DNA of 64,000 bases from an uncultured cyanobacterium (lineage in GTDB: Bacteria > Cyanobacteriota > Cyanobacteriia > Cyanobacteriales > CAWCAG01): positions 1,792,001 to 1,856,000 of the forward strand of contig CAWCAG010000005.1 of NCBI GenBank assembly GCA_963793425.1, in the 5' to 3' direction. This document shows, piece by piece, positions 51,710 to 62,730 of this stretch. The position numbers and the translations under genes were made by a program. Positions within the stretch are counted from its first letter, which is position 1. Each line of letters begins with the position of its first letter. The notes under the pieces are model-generated. The model saw nothing but the letters and a program-made list of their open reading frames with translations. It did no database searches and was not told where the DNA came from.

Positions 51710-52459
51710 TTAAAGCAAAGCTAAAGACTGGGAAAAAGATTGAGATACGGGTTCAGTGAGAGCAATTAAAGTAGTTTCTAAGTCTTGCATCAGAGATTTA
51801 GCAGCTTTTTTGCTTGAGGTGCTTTGATACTTCGCGACATCTAAAGGAGTACCAATATCAATTTTCACCCCACAGCCTCGACGGGGAACAGCTTCCTCAT
51901 AGTCTAAACTAATAGGCAGAACCTTAACACTAATCTCTGGTTGAGAAGCTTGTGCTTGTAAAGCAAGACGGGCTAAACCACATTTAAGTTTACTAACTTG
52001 CTTGCCCCGATAAATATTACCTTCAGGAAAAATAACCACCATTTCTCCTTGTCGTAACAAGTCTACTCCATGGCGTAAGCTACTCACCGTAGGGCGTTTG
52101 GTATCTACAGAAAAACCCCCTAAACGGCGAATAAACCAGCCTTGAACACCTTTAACTTCGTCGCTAGTTACCATAAACCTTAAGTCTCGCCCAGTGACAC
52201 AACGACCTGTAGCATAGGGAATAAGCAAGGCATCCCAACGAGAGCGATGGGTTGGTGCAAGAATTACTGGTCCAGTGTGGGGAACATTTTCTTGCCCCCG
52301 TACTTCTATATCACTGAAATAGAAGGGTAAAACTAGTCTTCTGCCCAGGGGGTAAGCAAATCGAGTCAACCAAGGGGAGATATAGGAATTAACAGCACTC
52401 GAATCCTTTGCTTTGCTCTTTTCCTGATTATTTTGAAAGGGGCGAAGGAGTTGATTCAT
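51710..52459 (-). CDS. plsC: 1-acyl-sn-glycerol-3-phosphate acyltransferase family
   Basis: HRSRWD (HxxxxD), VIFPEG. Confidence 0.75.
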   Translation of the reverse strand: MNQLLRPFQNNQEKSKAKDSSAVNSYISPWLTRFAYPLGRRLVLPFYFSDIEVRGQENVPHTGPVILAPTHRSRWDALLIPYATGRCVTGRDLRFMVTSDEVKGVQGWFIRRLGGFSVDTKRPTVSSLRHGVDLLRQGEMVVIFPEGNIYRGKQVSKLKCGLARLALQAQASQPEISVKVLPISLDYEEAVPRRGCGVKIDIGTPLDVAKYQSTSSKKAAKSLMQDLETTLIALTEPVSQSFSQSLALL

Positions 52460-52682
52460 TTACTTAGTAGATTTAATAAAAATGTCTATCAATTAAAGAT
52501 TAAAGGTCTTATAGCTTTATGTCTGCTATGAAGATGACAGTTGTGTTGCTGTCATCTCGTTTGTAGTACGAGAAGTTAGGGAACATTGCTTGATTCATTA
52601 ATTATAAAGCTTACTTTGGTAATTACTCTGGGGCTAAAAAAAGCTATCATTAATCAATGTTAAATGATAAATGATAAATGAA

Positions 52683-54401
52683 ATGAGCTATAGAATGGAT
52701 CGTCGTGCCTATGCAGAAACCTTTGGCCCCACTACAGGCGATCGCGTTCGTTTAGCAGATACAGAATTATTTATTGAAGTTGAACGAGATTACACCACCT
52801 ATGGGGATGAGGTTAAATTTGGTGGGGGTAAGGTAATTCGTGATGGTATGGGACAATCCCCCATTTCTCGCGCCGGCGGTGCGGTGGATACGGTGATTAC
52901 TAATGCTTTGATTTTGGATTGGTGGGGGATTGTTAAGGCAGATATTGGCATTAAAGATGGCAAGATTCATAAAATTGGTAAAGCAGGCAACCCTTATATT
53001 CAAGATCATGTTGATATTATCATTGGTCCTGCCACAGAAGTGATTGCTGGGGAAGGCAAAATCCTTACGGCTGGGGGTATTGATAGTCATATCCATTTTA
53101 TTTGCCCCCAACAAATTGAAACGGCGATCGCCTCTGGTATTACCACCATGTTAGGGGGAGGGACAGGCCCCGCTACAGGTACAAACGCTACAACTTGTAC
53201 TCCTGGGGCTTGGCATCTGCACCGGATGTTACAAGCAGCAGAGGCTTTCCCGATGAATTTGGGCTTTATGGGTAAGGGTAACAGTGCTAAACCAGAAGGC
53301 TTGGTAGAACAAGTTAAAGCGGGGGCAATGGGCTTAAAGTTACACGAAGATTGGGGGACAACTCCCGCCACCATTGATACTTGTTTGAATGTTGCTGATG
53401 AGTATGATGTCCAAGTAGCGATTCATACTGATACCCTCAACGAAGCCGGATTTGTGGAAAATACCATTGCTGCTTTTAAAGATCGTGTCATCCATACCTA
53501 CCATACCGAAGGGGCAGGGGGAGGTCATGCCCCCGATATTATCAAAGTTTGCGCTCAAGCTAATGTTTTACCTTCTTCTACCAATCCTACCCGCCCTTAT
53601 ACCGCCAATACTTTAGAAGAACATTTGGATATGTTGATGGTTTGCCATCACCTTGATAAAAGTATCCCCGAAGATGTCGCTTTTGCTGAATCGAGAATTA
53701 GGCGAGAAACGATTGCAGCAGAAGATATTCTCCATGATTTAGGGGCCTTTAGTATGATTGCTTCTGATTCCCAAGCCATGGGGAGAGTAGGGGAAGTGAT
53801 TATTCGTACCTGGCAAACTGCCCATAAAATGAAGGTACAAAGGGGACTATTAAAGGAGGGAGAGAATAGCGATGTTAGCCATGATAACTTTCGCGCTAAA
53901 CGTTATATTGCTAAGTACACCATCAATCCTGCCATTGCCCACGGTATCGCCCATTGTGTTGGTTCCATTGAAGAAGGGAAACTAGCGGATCTGTGTTTAT
54001 GGAAACCGGCCTTTTTTGGTGTCAAACCAGAAATGGTAATTAAAGGAGGCGGAATCGCTTGGTCGCAAATGGGTGATCCTAATGCTAGTATACCTACTCC
54101 CGAACCTGTACATATGCGTCCGATGTTTGGTAGTTTTGGAGGTGCGATCGCCGCGACATCTTTAACTTTCGTTTCCCAAGCTGCGGTAGAAGCGGGGATT
54201 GCAGAGGAAATTGGTTTACGCACTCCAGTTGTAGCGGTGGCTAATACAAGGAAATTATCTAAAGCAGATATGAAGCTTAATGATGCTACTCCAGCTATAG
54301 AAGTAGATTCCCAAACTTATGAAGTTAGGGCAGATGGGGAATTATTAACCTGTGAACCTGCTACAGAGTTACCGATGGCCCAGCGTTACTTTTTGTTTTA
54401 A
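52683..54401 (+). CDS. ureC: urease alpha subunit
   Basis: [48 protein letters not shown]. Confidence 0.98.
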   Translation: MSYRMDRRAYAETFGPTTGDRVRLADTELFIEVERDYTTYGDEVKFGGGKVIRDGMGQSPISRAGGAVDTVITNALILDWWGIVKADIGIKDGKIHKIGKAGNPYIQDHVDIIIGPATEVIAGEGKILTAGGIDSHIHFICPQQIETAIASGITTMLGGGTGPATGTNATTCTPGAWHLHRMLQAAEAFPMNLGFMGKGNSAKPEGLVEQVKAGAMGLKLHEDWGTTPATIDTCLNVADEYDVQVAIHTDTLNEAGFVENTIAAFKDRVIHTYHTEGAGGGHAPDIIKVCAQANVLPSSTNPTRPYTANTLEEHLDMLMVCHHLDKSIPEDVAFAESRIRRETIAAEDILHDLGAFSMIASDSQAMGRVGEVIIRTWQTAHKMKVQRGLLKEGENSDVSHDNFRAKRYIAKYTINPAIAHGIAHCVGSIEEGKLADLCLWKPAFFGVKPEMVIKGGGIAWSQMGDPNASIPTPEPVHMRPMFGSFGGAIAATSLTFVSQAAVEAGIAEEIGLRTPVVAVANTRKLSKADMKLNDATPAIEVDSQTYEVRADGELLTCEPATELPMAQRYFLF

Positions 54402-54457
54402 TGGCTAATGGCTAATGGCTAGTGGCTAATGGCTAGTGGCTAGTGGCTAGTGGCTAG
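54402..54457. repeat. heptamer tandem repeat (TGGCTAR)x8
   Basis: Read directly; starts immediately after the ureC stop. Confidence 0.9.
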
Positions 54458-54568
54458 TTGGGGAATAGCAAGTTATTGTTGCCATACTTTACTTCTTGAC
54501 TCAAACATATCTTCAACAACGAGAAGTCGGTTTTTATTTTGGTGCAAAAAACAAAGCTTCTATCTTCC

Positions 54569-54681
54569 CAGCTTAGATGTTTACCTTCTATGCCTATTTC
54601 AAGAAAGCTTCCAACCCACCTCCGACGAAGTATTTTTTTGTAAGAATTGAGATGTTTTTATCTGATGAGATGATTATAGCA
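54569..54681 (-). repeat. ~110-bp dispersed element, copy B
   Basis: Reverse complement matches 43435-43545. Confidence 0.8.
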
Positions 54682-54749
54682 CAAAATATCAAGCTATTGT
54701 GGGAATTAGGATTACACAGTGAGAGAAAAACAAAGGATTTTTAACTCCT

Positions 54750-55085
54750 ATGATTCGTGTTATATTCAAAGCCACTTTTCTGATGTTGTTTTTATCATTC
54801 TTGTTCTGGTTATCTTTACTTTCTTACTTATTTTTGCAAGCGTTTTTATTGACAATTTGTTTTTTAATAGTTTGTTGGTTGACTATTTTTATTCGTAAAA
54901 AAAATGCTCTTTTTATAAAATTAATTCTCAGCTTATTAATATTTCTAAGTATCTTTTTAACAAGCTTTTGGGCTATACTGCGATATATTTTACTCACTAC
55001 AAAGGAGCTTTCGGTGCTGCATTTTTCGTTTATCAAACTCAGGGAGAACTATCAGCAAATCCAGGAGCAAGAATTGTTAAATTAA
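54750..55085 (+). CDS. hypothetical small membrane protein
   Basis: 111 aa, about three hydrophobic segments and a polar tail; T-rich DNA could also produce this by chance. Confidence 0.45.
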   Translation: MIRVIFKATFLMLFLSFLFWLSLLSYLFLQAFLLTICFLIVCWLTIFIRKKNALFIKLILSLLIFLSIFLTSFWAILRYILLTTKELSVLHFSFIKLRENYQQIQEQELLN

Positions 55086-55122
55086 AGGAGCATTGGTTTT
55101 TCTTGAATAGAGGTTATGCAGA

Positions 55123-55704
55123 TTAGATGCTTTTTCTTGATAACTTAGGTGGTAGCAAACGGGAAATCTCTATAGTAATTTCAGGAAAAGCTAGAGGAGA
55201 AAGAGAAGTGGTTTCAGCCCAAACCTCTTTTTTGCCATAGCTATCAACCATTGGTTCTCTGAATGTATGTAATTGTCGCTTTTTAATATTGAGAACCCAA
55301 TAATCTTCAATACCGGCCCCAGCATAAATTTTAGCTTTAGTATTACAGTCGTAATCTAAAGTTGTATCTGCTACCTCAACTAGTAAATAAACCTGAGATA
55401 CTTGAGGATGGCGATCTGCATAGCGGTAAGGGTGGAGATGGACAACGGCAATATCTGGTTCGGGTTCAGAATATTGGTTAAGAATAATCGGTTTTTCTGA
55501 GCGGAGTAAAGCTTTACCAGCTAAGGCATGGCGGAGATGTTCTGTGGTATAGTCAGTGGTTGCTGCGTGGAAAGGGCCTTGGGGGGTCATCCTGATAATT
55601 TGTCCTTCAAGCAATTCTACCTGCTCTTCTGGGTGCAGTAAGCCCGTTTCAACCATCTGATAATATTCCTTGACAGTCCACAAACGCAAATGATTGAGAA
55701 GCAT
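55123..55704 (-). CDS. Uma2-family (DUF820) PD-(D/E)xK protein
   Basis: WTVKEYYQM, VELLEGQI, SEPEPD, LVEVADTT, K..YA.AGI.DYWV. Confidence 0.9.
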   Translation of the reverse strand: MLLNHLRLWTVKEYYQMVETGLLHPEEQVELLEGQIIRMTPQGPFHAATTDYTTEHLRHALAGKALLRSEKPIILNQYSEPEPDIAVVHLHPYRYADRHPQVSQVYLLVEVADTTLDYDCNTKAKIYAGAGIEDYWVLNIKKRQLHTFREPMVDSYGKKEVWAETTSLSPLAFPEITIEISRLLPPKLSRKSI

Positions 55705-55764
55705 ATCAAAAGCCCTACAGCAATGAATAGCAAAAAATGTACTATAAATGTTTAATGATCAATG

Positions 55765-55787
55765 TAGCCTACGGCAAGGCTAACGCC
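55765..55787. repeat. short palindromic dispersed-repeat-like element
   Basis: TAGCCT-ACGGCA-AGGCTA-ACGCC inside a degenerate AATGATA-type heptamer tract. Confidence 0.45.
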
Positions 55788-55805
55788 AATAATGATAAAT
55801 GATAT

Positions 55806-56972
55806 ATGAAATTAGCTAAACGTTTAGAACAGGTTACGCCTTCCTTAACTATTGCGATCGCAGCCAAAGCGAAAGCGATGAAAGCAGAGGGTGTTGATGT
55901 CGTTAGTTTTAGTGCTGGGGAACCGGATTTTCCTACGCCCAATCATATCAAAGAAGCAGCCCAGAAAGCTTTAGATGATGGGAAAACTAGATATGGCCCT
56001 GCGGCAGGGGAACCGAAATTTAGAGAAGCGATCGCCAAAAAGTTAAGAACAGAAAATAACCTCGATTATCAAGCTGAAAACATAATTGTCACCAATGGTG
56101 GCAAACAGTCTCTTTATAACCTCGTCATGGCTATGATTGGGGCTGGAGATGAGGTAATTATCCCGTCCCCTTATTGGGTAAGTTATCCAGATATGGTTCA
56201 CTTGGCTGGGGGAAAACCAGTAATTGTGCCAACAAATGTGGAGGCTGGTTATCAAATCACCCCAGAGCAACTCAAAGCTGCCATCACCCCGAAAAGTAAG
56301 CTATTTATCCTTAACTCCCCGGCTAACCCTACAGGAATGGTTTATAGCCCCGCAGAAATTCGTGCTTTAGCGGAGGTGATCATTGAACATGATTTGTTTG
56401 TAGTTTCTGATGAAATTTATGAAAAAATCCTTTACGATGGGGCAGAGCATTTAAGTATTGCGGCCATAGGTAAAGAAGTTTGGCAGCATTCAGCCGTGAG
56501 TGGTGGTTTTGCTAAAGGCTTTTCCATGACGGGTTGGCGATTAGGCTATTTAGCTGCACCAGTGGAAATAATCCAAGCCTTGACAAAAATTCAAGGCCAT
56601 AGTACCTCAAATGTTTGTACCTTTGCTCAATATGGCGGTATTGCCGCTTTAGAAAGTTCCCAAGATTGCGTGAAGGAAATGGTTAAAGCTTTTGCTAAAC
56701 GTAGGGAATTTATCTTACAGCGTATTGCAGATATTCCTGGCTTGAGTTGCCCGAAACCCCAAGGGGCATTTTATGTCTTTGTTGATATCAAGAAGTTTGA
56801 CATTCCCTCCTTAGAATTTTGTCAAAAGTTATTAGATGAATATCAAGTTGCAGCGATTCCTGGTATTGCTTTTGGGGTAGATAGTTGCATTCGCCTTTCC
56901 TATGCTACGGATATGCAATCCTTAGAAAAGGGCTTAGAAAGGTTAGAGAAATTCACGAAGTCACTTTTGTAA
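55806..56972 (+). CDS. aspC: aspartate aminotransferase (class I PLP enzyme)
   Basis: [34 protein letters not shown]. Confidence 0.85.
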   Translation: MKLAKRLEQVTPSLTIAIAAKAKAMKAEGVDVVSFSAGEPDFPTPNHIKEAAQKALDDGKTRYGPAAGEPKFREAIAKKLRTENNLDYQAENIIVTNGGKQSLYNLVMAMIGAGDEVIIPSPYWVSYPDMVHLAGGKPVIVPTNVEAGYQITPEQLKAAITPKSKLFILNSPANPTGMVYSPAEIRALAEVIIEHDLFVVSDEIYEKILYDGAEHLSIAAIGKEVWQHSAVSGGFAKGFSMTGWRLGYLAAPVEIIQALTKIQGHSTSNVCTFAQYGGIAALESSQDCVKEMVKAFAKRREFILQRIADIPGLSCPKPQGAFYVFVDIKKFDIPSLEFCQKLLDEYQVAAIPGIAFGVDSCIRLSYATDMQSLEKGLERLEKFTKSLL

Positions 56973-57130
56973 TAGGGAGAGGGGGCCAGGGATTTAAAAT
57001 GAATACAAGCTTTTTCATTCGTCGATAAGTCAATAATAAATGGCTTTTGTGAAGTGGTTGACGACCGACCATAAAGCCTTTAACATCTAATTAAGGTCTT
57101 AATGATGAACTTAATTATGAGCTTGAGTCG

Positions 57131-57448
57131 ATGATTAACCTCCAAAATATTCATTCTCTAACTGATTTTAAACGCAATGCTAGTAGCTATGTTGAACAAA
57201 TCAGACAGACAAAAGCCCCCCTTGTACTAACTATCAACGGAGAAGCTGCTGTAATTGTCCAGGATGCCCTTAATTTCCAAAATTTACTAGATCGCCTCAA
57301 CCAATTAGAAGAGGAACTTCGTTTCGTAAAACTCGAAGCTTTGAAGGCAGAAGTTCGTAAAGGAGTTGAGAGTGGAGAAGCTACACCATTAGATATTGAA
57401 GATGTTAGAAGAGGAACTGGAGGAGGAAAGAGAAACTTAAAGTTATAA
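57131..57448 (+). CDS. Phd/YefM-family antitoxin with ParD-like C-terminus (no toxin partner)
   Basis: IHSLTDFKRN...PLVLTINGEAAVIVQDA; C-terminal LEALKAEVRKGVESGEATPLD. Confidence 0.75.
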   Translation: MINLQNIHSLTDFKRNASSYVEQIRQTKAPLVLTINGEAAVIVQDALNFQNLLDRLNQLEEELRFVKLEALKAEVRKGVESGEATPLDIEDVRRGTGGGKRNLKL

Positions 57449-57494
57449 ATAGCCATCAAGGTCATGATCGCAATCATTACTTATTACTTAAAAA

Positions 57495-58574
57495 ATGTCT
57501 CCCCCTACACTATACATTGCTATCACTAGCCACGGTTTTGGTCATGCGGTGCGTGCTTCTTCGGTGGCAGCGAAAGTTAAACAGCTTTGCCCTGATGTGC
57601 TTTTAATTCTGGTTACTACTGCACCTCGTTGGTTGCTAGAATCCTATATTGGTGCTGATTTTATTCATCGCCCCCGTGGTTTTGATGTGGGGGTTATTCA
57701 ATCTGATAGCTTGCAGATGGATAAAGCTGCTACTTTAGCTAAAATGCTGGAAATCAAAGCGAGGCAAAACGCCATCATTGCTGGGGAAGTGGATTTTATT
57801 CGTACTAACCGGGTAGGTTTGGTTTTAGCAGACATCCCTCCTTTAGCTGCCCCCATTGCCAAAGCAGCCGGGATTCAGTGTTGGATGATGAGTAACTTTG
57901 GTTGGGATTTTATTTATCGAGATTGGGGAGAAGAATTTTTTCCCCTCGCTGATTGGATTGGAGAATGTTACCGAAAGTGCGATCGCCTGTTTCGTTTGCC
58001 TTTAGCTGAACCAATGTCAGCTTTTTCTCAAATAACAGAAACGGGTTTAACTGGGGGAACACCTCGTTATAGTGAGGCTTATTTACGAGAAGAATTTGCT
58101 TTAAAACATCCTCGTGATCGCACCATCTTACTTACCTTTGGGGGTTTAGGATTAGCAGCCATTCCTTATCACAACCTCAAAAATTTCCCAGAATGGCAAT
58201 TTATCACCTTTGATACCCAAGCCCCCCAATTAAATAACTTAGTTATAGTAAAAGATAATCAGTACCGCCCGGTGGATTTTATGCCCCTTTGTGGCAAAGT
58301 CATTTCTAAACCTGGTTACAGTACTTTCGCTGAAGCAATGCGTTTAGATGTTCCTGTGGTTTCTTTAACTAGGGAAGGCTTTGCCGAATCAGCTTTATTG
58401 TTAGAAGGGTTAAAAAATTATTCCCATCATCAAATTATCTCTCCAGAAAGCTTTTTATTAAGTGATTGGAGTTTTATCAAGGAATCATTAAATTCCCCTA
58501 ACAAAAACGTATCTTTACCTAAAAATGGTACAGAAACTATTGCTAAAGCGGTAATTGAACAGCTACTGAAATAA
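57495..58574 (+). CDS. GT-B fold glycosyltransferase-like protein
   Basis: ITSHGFGHAVR, NFGWDFIY, SKPGYSTFAEA. Confidence 0.8.
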   Translation: MSPPTLYIAITSHGFGHAVRASSVAAKVKQLCPDVLLILVTTAPRWLLESYIGADFIHRPRGFDVGVIQSDSLQMDKAATLAKMLEIKARQNAIIAGEVDFIRTNRVGLVLADIPPLAAPIAKAAGIQCWMMSNFGWDFIYRDWGEEFFPLADWIGECYRKCDRLFRLPLAEPMSAFSQITETGLTGGTPRYSEAYLREEFALKHPRDRTILLTFGGLGLAAIPYHNLKNFPEWQFITFDTQAPQLNNLVIVKDNQYRPVDFMPLCGKVISKPGYSTFAEAMRLDVPVVSLTREGFAESALLLEGLKNYSHHQIISPESFLLSDWSFIKESLNSPNKNVSLPKNGTETIAKAVIEQLLK

Positions 58575-58748
58575 TCTTATTTGTCTAGAAAACAACTATT
58601 CTTCTTTAACTAACAAATAAAGCCGTTAAAGTAGAGGAAAGCTTTACCATACTAGAAATATCAGGTTTCAGAGCAAGTTAATTTTATTTTCACAACTTGG
58701 AAATTATCTTACTTATTTAGTAAAAAAACTCCTCCTATAGTAATAATT

Positions 58749-59420
58749 ATGACTGCGATCGCTGAAGAAAAATCTCACTCCGGGGTTGTAAGTGATTCGG
58801 TAGTGAAAACTGAAGTTAAGGAAGCTACTCTACCAGAAAAAACTGTTCAATCCCAAGACAAAAACAAAATCAAAGCCAAAGAAGAAAAACCGCCTAAATC
58901 AAGCAAACCTGAAGAAAATCCTCGACCTAAACGCCCTAGCTATGCAACCATTGAACTAGCTGCCAAAGATGTTCGTTCTGTAGTTGAGCAACAAAGACAG
59001 CAAGTACAAAACTTAACAACCAAACTCAACATTCTTTTTGTAATTAACGGGGCTTTATTAACTTCCCTCAATCTTTCGCGTTTGTTGCTTATTCCTAGCA
59101 TCTTCAGCATGGCAGAAGTAATCGGCTTTTTTGCCAACATCACTTTATTACTCAACGCCTTTCTTCCCCGTCAAGTAGCAATCAGCCCCAACTTAGGAGA
59201 TCAAAAATTTTTAGAACGCTATCTCCCTTTGACACCAGAACAATATCAGTTAAGAATGATGGTTAACCAAGTTCAAGCCTATAATGCTAATAAGCAGCGC
59301 TTAGATGATGTTTCTCAATCTCTAACCTATTCTGCCTATGTAACTTGGGTTCTTGCCTTAGTAATTATGCTTCATATCGTAGCAGCGAACTTTCTACCGG
59401 AGATTCTTCTACTAAGATAG
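58749..59420 (+). CDS. hypothetical membrane protein
   Basis: Charged N-terminus, then three hydrophobic segments. Confidence 0.75.
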   Translation: MTAIAEEKSHSGVVSDSVVKTEVKEATLPEKTVQSQDKNKIKAKEEKPPKSSKPEENPRPKRPSYATIELAAKDVRSVVEQQRQQVQNLTTKLNILFVINGALLTSLNLSRLLLIPSIFSMAEVIGFFANITLLLNAFLPRQVAISPNLGDQKFLERYLPLTPEQYQLRMMVNQVQAYNANKQRLDDVSQSLTYSAYVTWVLALVIMLHIVAANFLPEILLLR

Positions 59421-59471
59421 ATAACAGGCAAAATGGTATAACAGGAAAGCAGTACTGAAGTACGAACACTC

Positions 59472-60050
59472 ATGAGTACTAAATTAGCTAACAAAACTGA
59501 ATCAATGAGCAATTCATCCTCTAACTTACAAGAGGAGTCAGAAAAGCAAGTTATCACTCCCTTAGAAGAGGATCTTCCCACTCCGGAGACAACTCCTGTG
59601 AGTCAGGCAGAAGAAGAGTTACCTGCAAAAACTTTGCAAGATGGTATCCAACTACCGGAACCAGATCCAGACAACATTACAGTTTTGACTGGTAAGTTGC
59701 CCAACAAACCGATTTTACCTTGGAATCGCTACGATTCTCCTTGGGAAGAAGAGGAAGAAAGGGAGAGGGAGAGGGAAAGAGAAAGAGAAAAAGAAAGAGA
59801 GGCACAGCTAAAATTAGCGGCAGAAAAAGAAACTGAGTTAGAGACAGAGGAAGTAGAATCAGAACAGAAGCAAGTAGAAACTGTTGCTGAGTTGGATGTA
59901 GAGGAAATAAAACTAGAAGAAGTAGTAATACAAGAGAAAGTAACGACTCCCTATGTAGTAGTAGAAAGCGAAGCAGAGGATTTAGACATTGATGAAGAAG
60001 AAGACTATGTGGATCTTGACGAAGAAATAGAGTTTGACGAAGTGGAGTAA
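59472..60050 (+). CDS. acidic low-complexity hypothetical protein
   Basis: E/D-rich with an LP..PILPWN.YDSPW core and an (ER)n tract. Confidence 0.7.
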   Translation: MSTKLANKTESMSNSSSNLQEESEKQVITPLEEDLPTPETTPVSQAEEELPAKTLQDGIQLPEPDPDNITVLTGKLPNKPILPWNRYDSPWEEEEEREREREREREKEREAQLKLAAEKETELETEEVESEQKQVETVAELDVEEIKLEEVVIQEKVTTPYVVVESEAEDLDIDEEEDYVDLDEEIEFDEVE

Positions 60051-60057
60051 GGGAATA

Positions 60058-60082
60058 GCTACTGGCTACTGGCTACTGGCTA
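60058..60082. repeat. heptamer tandem repeat (GCTACTG)x3.5
   Basis: Read directly from the sequence. Confidence 0.75.
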
Positions 60083-60100
60083 GTAGAAAATATAGAAATA

Positions 60101-60128
60101 AACCCCAATCTAATTGAAGATTGGGGTT
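60101..60128. terminator. hairpin between convergent genes
   Basis: AACCCCAATCT-6 nt-AGATTGGGGTT. Confidence 0.75.
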
Positions 60129-60190
60129 GAATAGATAGAAATCAACAACCTGCTTTACAAACGATTGAAGAACGAGTTAATGCAGGTATA

Positions 60191-62545
60191 CTAGCTTACA
60201 GTTTGTAACTCTAGCTTCTGCTTTTGGGCAGATAAGACCTGTACTTCACCTTCTTCATCTAGGTCTACTTTGGCGACATCTCCATCCTCTACTTCTCCAG
60301 AAAGAATGGCTTCAGCTAAACTATCTTCCAATAAACGCATAATGGCACGGCGTAAAGGTCTTGCGCCATAATTAGGGTCGTAACCTTCATCGACTACTTT
60401 GGCTTTGAAGCTGTCGGTAACTTCTAAGGCAATGTCTCGCTGTTCTACCAACTGCTGAGAAACATTAGCTAACATAAGATCAGCAATCTCTGTTACCTCT
60501 TGTCGCTGCAATTGACGGAAGACGATGATGTCATCGAGACGGTTAAGAAATTCGGGACGGAAGTACTGTTTAAGTTCTTCGTTAACCAAACTACGGATGC
60601 GTTTATATTGTGCCTCGGCTTGGTCATCTGAGAATTCAAAGCCTAAACCTGTACCACCTTTTTCTATAACTCTAGAACCGATGTTCGAGGTCATAATAAT
60701 TAGGGTATTTTTAAAGTCTACTTTACGACCTTTTGCATCCGTAAGGTGACCATCATCCAAAAGCTGCAACATGGTGTTGAAAACATCAGGATGAGCCTTT
60801 TCTATTTCATCAAAAAGTAAGACTGAGTAGGGCTTGCGCCTTACTGCTTCTGTTAATTGTCCCCCCTCATCATAACCAATATATCCCGGAGGAGAACCAA
60901 TTAACTTAGAAACTGTATGAGACTCCATATACTCCGACATATCCACGCGGATCATATTGTCCTCAGAACCAAACATACAAGCGGCTAAAGCCTTCGCTAA
61001 TTCAGTTTTACCAACTCCTGTGGGGCCGGAGAAAATGAAGCTAGCAATGGGTCTGTTGGGGTCTTTCATACCAACCCTTGCCCGCCGGATAGACCGAGAA
61101 ACAGCGACAACAGCCTCTTCTTGACCAATTAACCGTTCATGGAGTGAGGCTTCTAAGTGAAGTAGTAACTCCGTTTCTGGCTTGTTTAACTTGGTTACAG
61201 GAACCCCTGTCCAAGCAGCAACAATTTGGGCGACTTCCTCTTCCCCAACTACGGGAATAGTCGCTTCTGGGGTTTCTCCTGGGGCAACTTTCAGTTGAAT
61301 GGAATGACGTAAATGAAGGTGAGAACCTGCTTCATCAATGAGATCAATAGCTTTATCAGGGAGGAAACGGTCAGAAATGTAACGATCTGCAAGGGTGGCT
61401 GCGGCTTCTATGGCTTCATCAGCAATTTTAACTTTATGATGTTCTTCGTAACTCTCTTTTAAACCTTGTAAAATCTCAATGGTTTCTGCAACGGAAGGTT
61501 CCCCGACAATTACTTTTTGGAAACGCCTTTCTAAAGCAGCATCCTTTTCAATATGCTTGCGGAACTCATCTAGGGTAGTTGTTCCTAAGCATTGTAATTC
61601 TCCCCTTGCTAAAGCAGGTTTAAGGAGATTAGCCGCATCCATGCCTCCTTCAAAGCCTCCTGCCCCAATTAAGGTATGAATTTCATCAATTACCAAGATA
61701 ATATCACCGGACTTGCGTACTTCCTCAACAACAGCTTTGAGGCGTTCTTCAAACTCACCCCGAAACTTTGTTCCTGCCACCAACAAACCCATATCAAGGC
61801 TAATTACTTCTTTTTCTTTAATTAATTCCGGTACTTCTCCAGCAACGATACGCTGGGCCAATCCTTCGGCGATCGCCGTTTTACCAACACCGGGTTCCCC
61901 GACTAAAACAGGGTTGTTTTTGGTGCGACGGCCTAAAATTTGGATAGTTCTTTCTACTTCTTGGCTACGCCCCACTACAGGATCGAGTTTACCTTCTTTA
62001 GCTTGTTGGGAAAGATTGATGCTAAATTCAGCTAAAGTCGGTTTACCGCCTTGCCTACCACCAAAAGGAGAATTATTCTGTCCTTCAGCCCCAACAGTAG
62101 CAACTGTAGGTGCTTCTCCTACTTTGCGAATAACTTCTGTTCTTACTTTTGCTAAGTCTACTCCCAACTGCTCTAAAACCTTGGCAGCAACACTATCTTG
62201 TTGAGTAGTTAAAGCTAAAAGTAAGTGTTCTGGTCCAATGAAATTATTACCTAACTGACGGGCTTCTTGCAAAGATTGTTCAAAAAACTTTTGAGCTTTA
62301 GGAGTGAAAGGAATGTTCACCGGAGTATAACCGGGTCTACGGCCAATGAGATTTTTAACAGCTTCTCTGGCTTGAGAAAGTTCAACGCCTAACTCCTTTA
62401 GTACCTGGGCAGCAATGCCCGTACCTTCGGCGATTAAGCCTAAGAGTATTTGTTCACTACCCACAAGATTATGCCCAGAACGACGGGCTTCTTCTTGGGC
62501 TAGCATAACAGCTTTGATAGCTTTATCCGTAAAATGTTCAAACAT
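60191..62545 (-). CDS. clpC: ClpC-like ATP-dependent Clp protease ATPase (no M-domain)
   Basis: Two Clp N repeats, [19 protein letters not shown] ClpP-docking loop, GARPLRR. Confidence 0.85.
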   Translation of the reverse strand: MFEHFTDKAIKAVMLAQEEARRSGHNLVGSEQILLGLIAEGTGIAAQVLKELGVELSQAREAVKNLIGRRPGYTPVNIPFTPKAQKFFEQSLQEARQLGNNFIGPEHLLLALTTQQDSVAAKVLEQLGVDLAKVRTEVIRKVGEAPTVATVGAEGQNNSPFGGRQGGKPTLAEFSINLSQQAKEGKLDPVVGRSQEVERTIQILGRRTKNNPVLVGEPGVGKTAIAEGLAQRIVAGEVPELIKEKEVISLDMGLLVAGTKFRGEFEERLKAVVEEVRKSGDIILVIDEIHTLIGAGGFEGGMDAANLLKPALARGELQCLGTTTLDEFRKHIEKDAALERRFQKVIVGEPSVAETIEILQGLKESYEEHHKVKIADEAIEAAATLADRYISDRFLPDKAIDLIDEAGSHLHLRHSIQLKVAPGETPEATIPVVGEEEVAQIVAAWTGVPVTKLNKPETELLLHLEASLHERLIGQEEAVVAVSRSIRRARVGMKDPNRPIASFIFSGPTGVGKTELAKALAACMFGSEDNMIRVDMSEYMESHTVSKLIGSPPGYIGYDEGGQLTEAVRRKPYSVLLFDEIEKAHPDVFNTMLQLLDDGHLTDAKGRKVDFKNTLIIMTSNIGSRVIEKGGTGLGFEFSDDQAEAQYKRIRSLVNEELKQYFRPEFLNRLDDIIVFRQLQRQEVTEIADLMLANVSQQLVEQRDIALEVTDSFKAKVVDEGYDPNYGARPLRRAIMRLLEDSLAEAILSGEVEDGDVAKVDLDEEGEVQVLSAQKQKLELQTVS

Positions 62546-62730
62546 ATAATTTAGTGAGAGGAGGATTTCTTTTAGTTAACTTTTCTTTACTTATTTCTCA
62601 CTGTATCTTGCTTGTTATGATTCGGCAGTGGTAAAAGCCGTAATTATCGAGGGAAGTTTTCACCTAACTTAAAAGGTTTGTCACTCACTCTCTTTTCAGC
62701 TTTTGAGTTCTCTAAGTGCAAAATGTCAGT

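Noticed and set aside
54450..54650. 66-aa ORF after ureC
   Set aside because: Starts inside the heptamer array and overlaps the antisense strand of copy B.
57010..57075. Possible IS-end remnant upstream of the antitoxin (GTCAAT...GTTGAC)
   Set aside because: Weak inverted repeat only; no transposase or second end.
59757..59802. (GARAGR)n microsatellite encoding ERERER
   Set aside because: In-frame hexamer low-complexity tract; length change would not switch the gene off, so not a phase-variation candidate.
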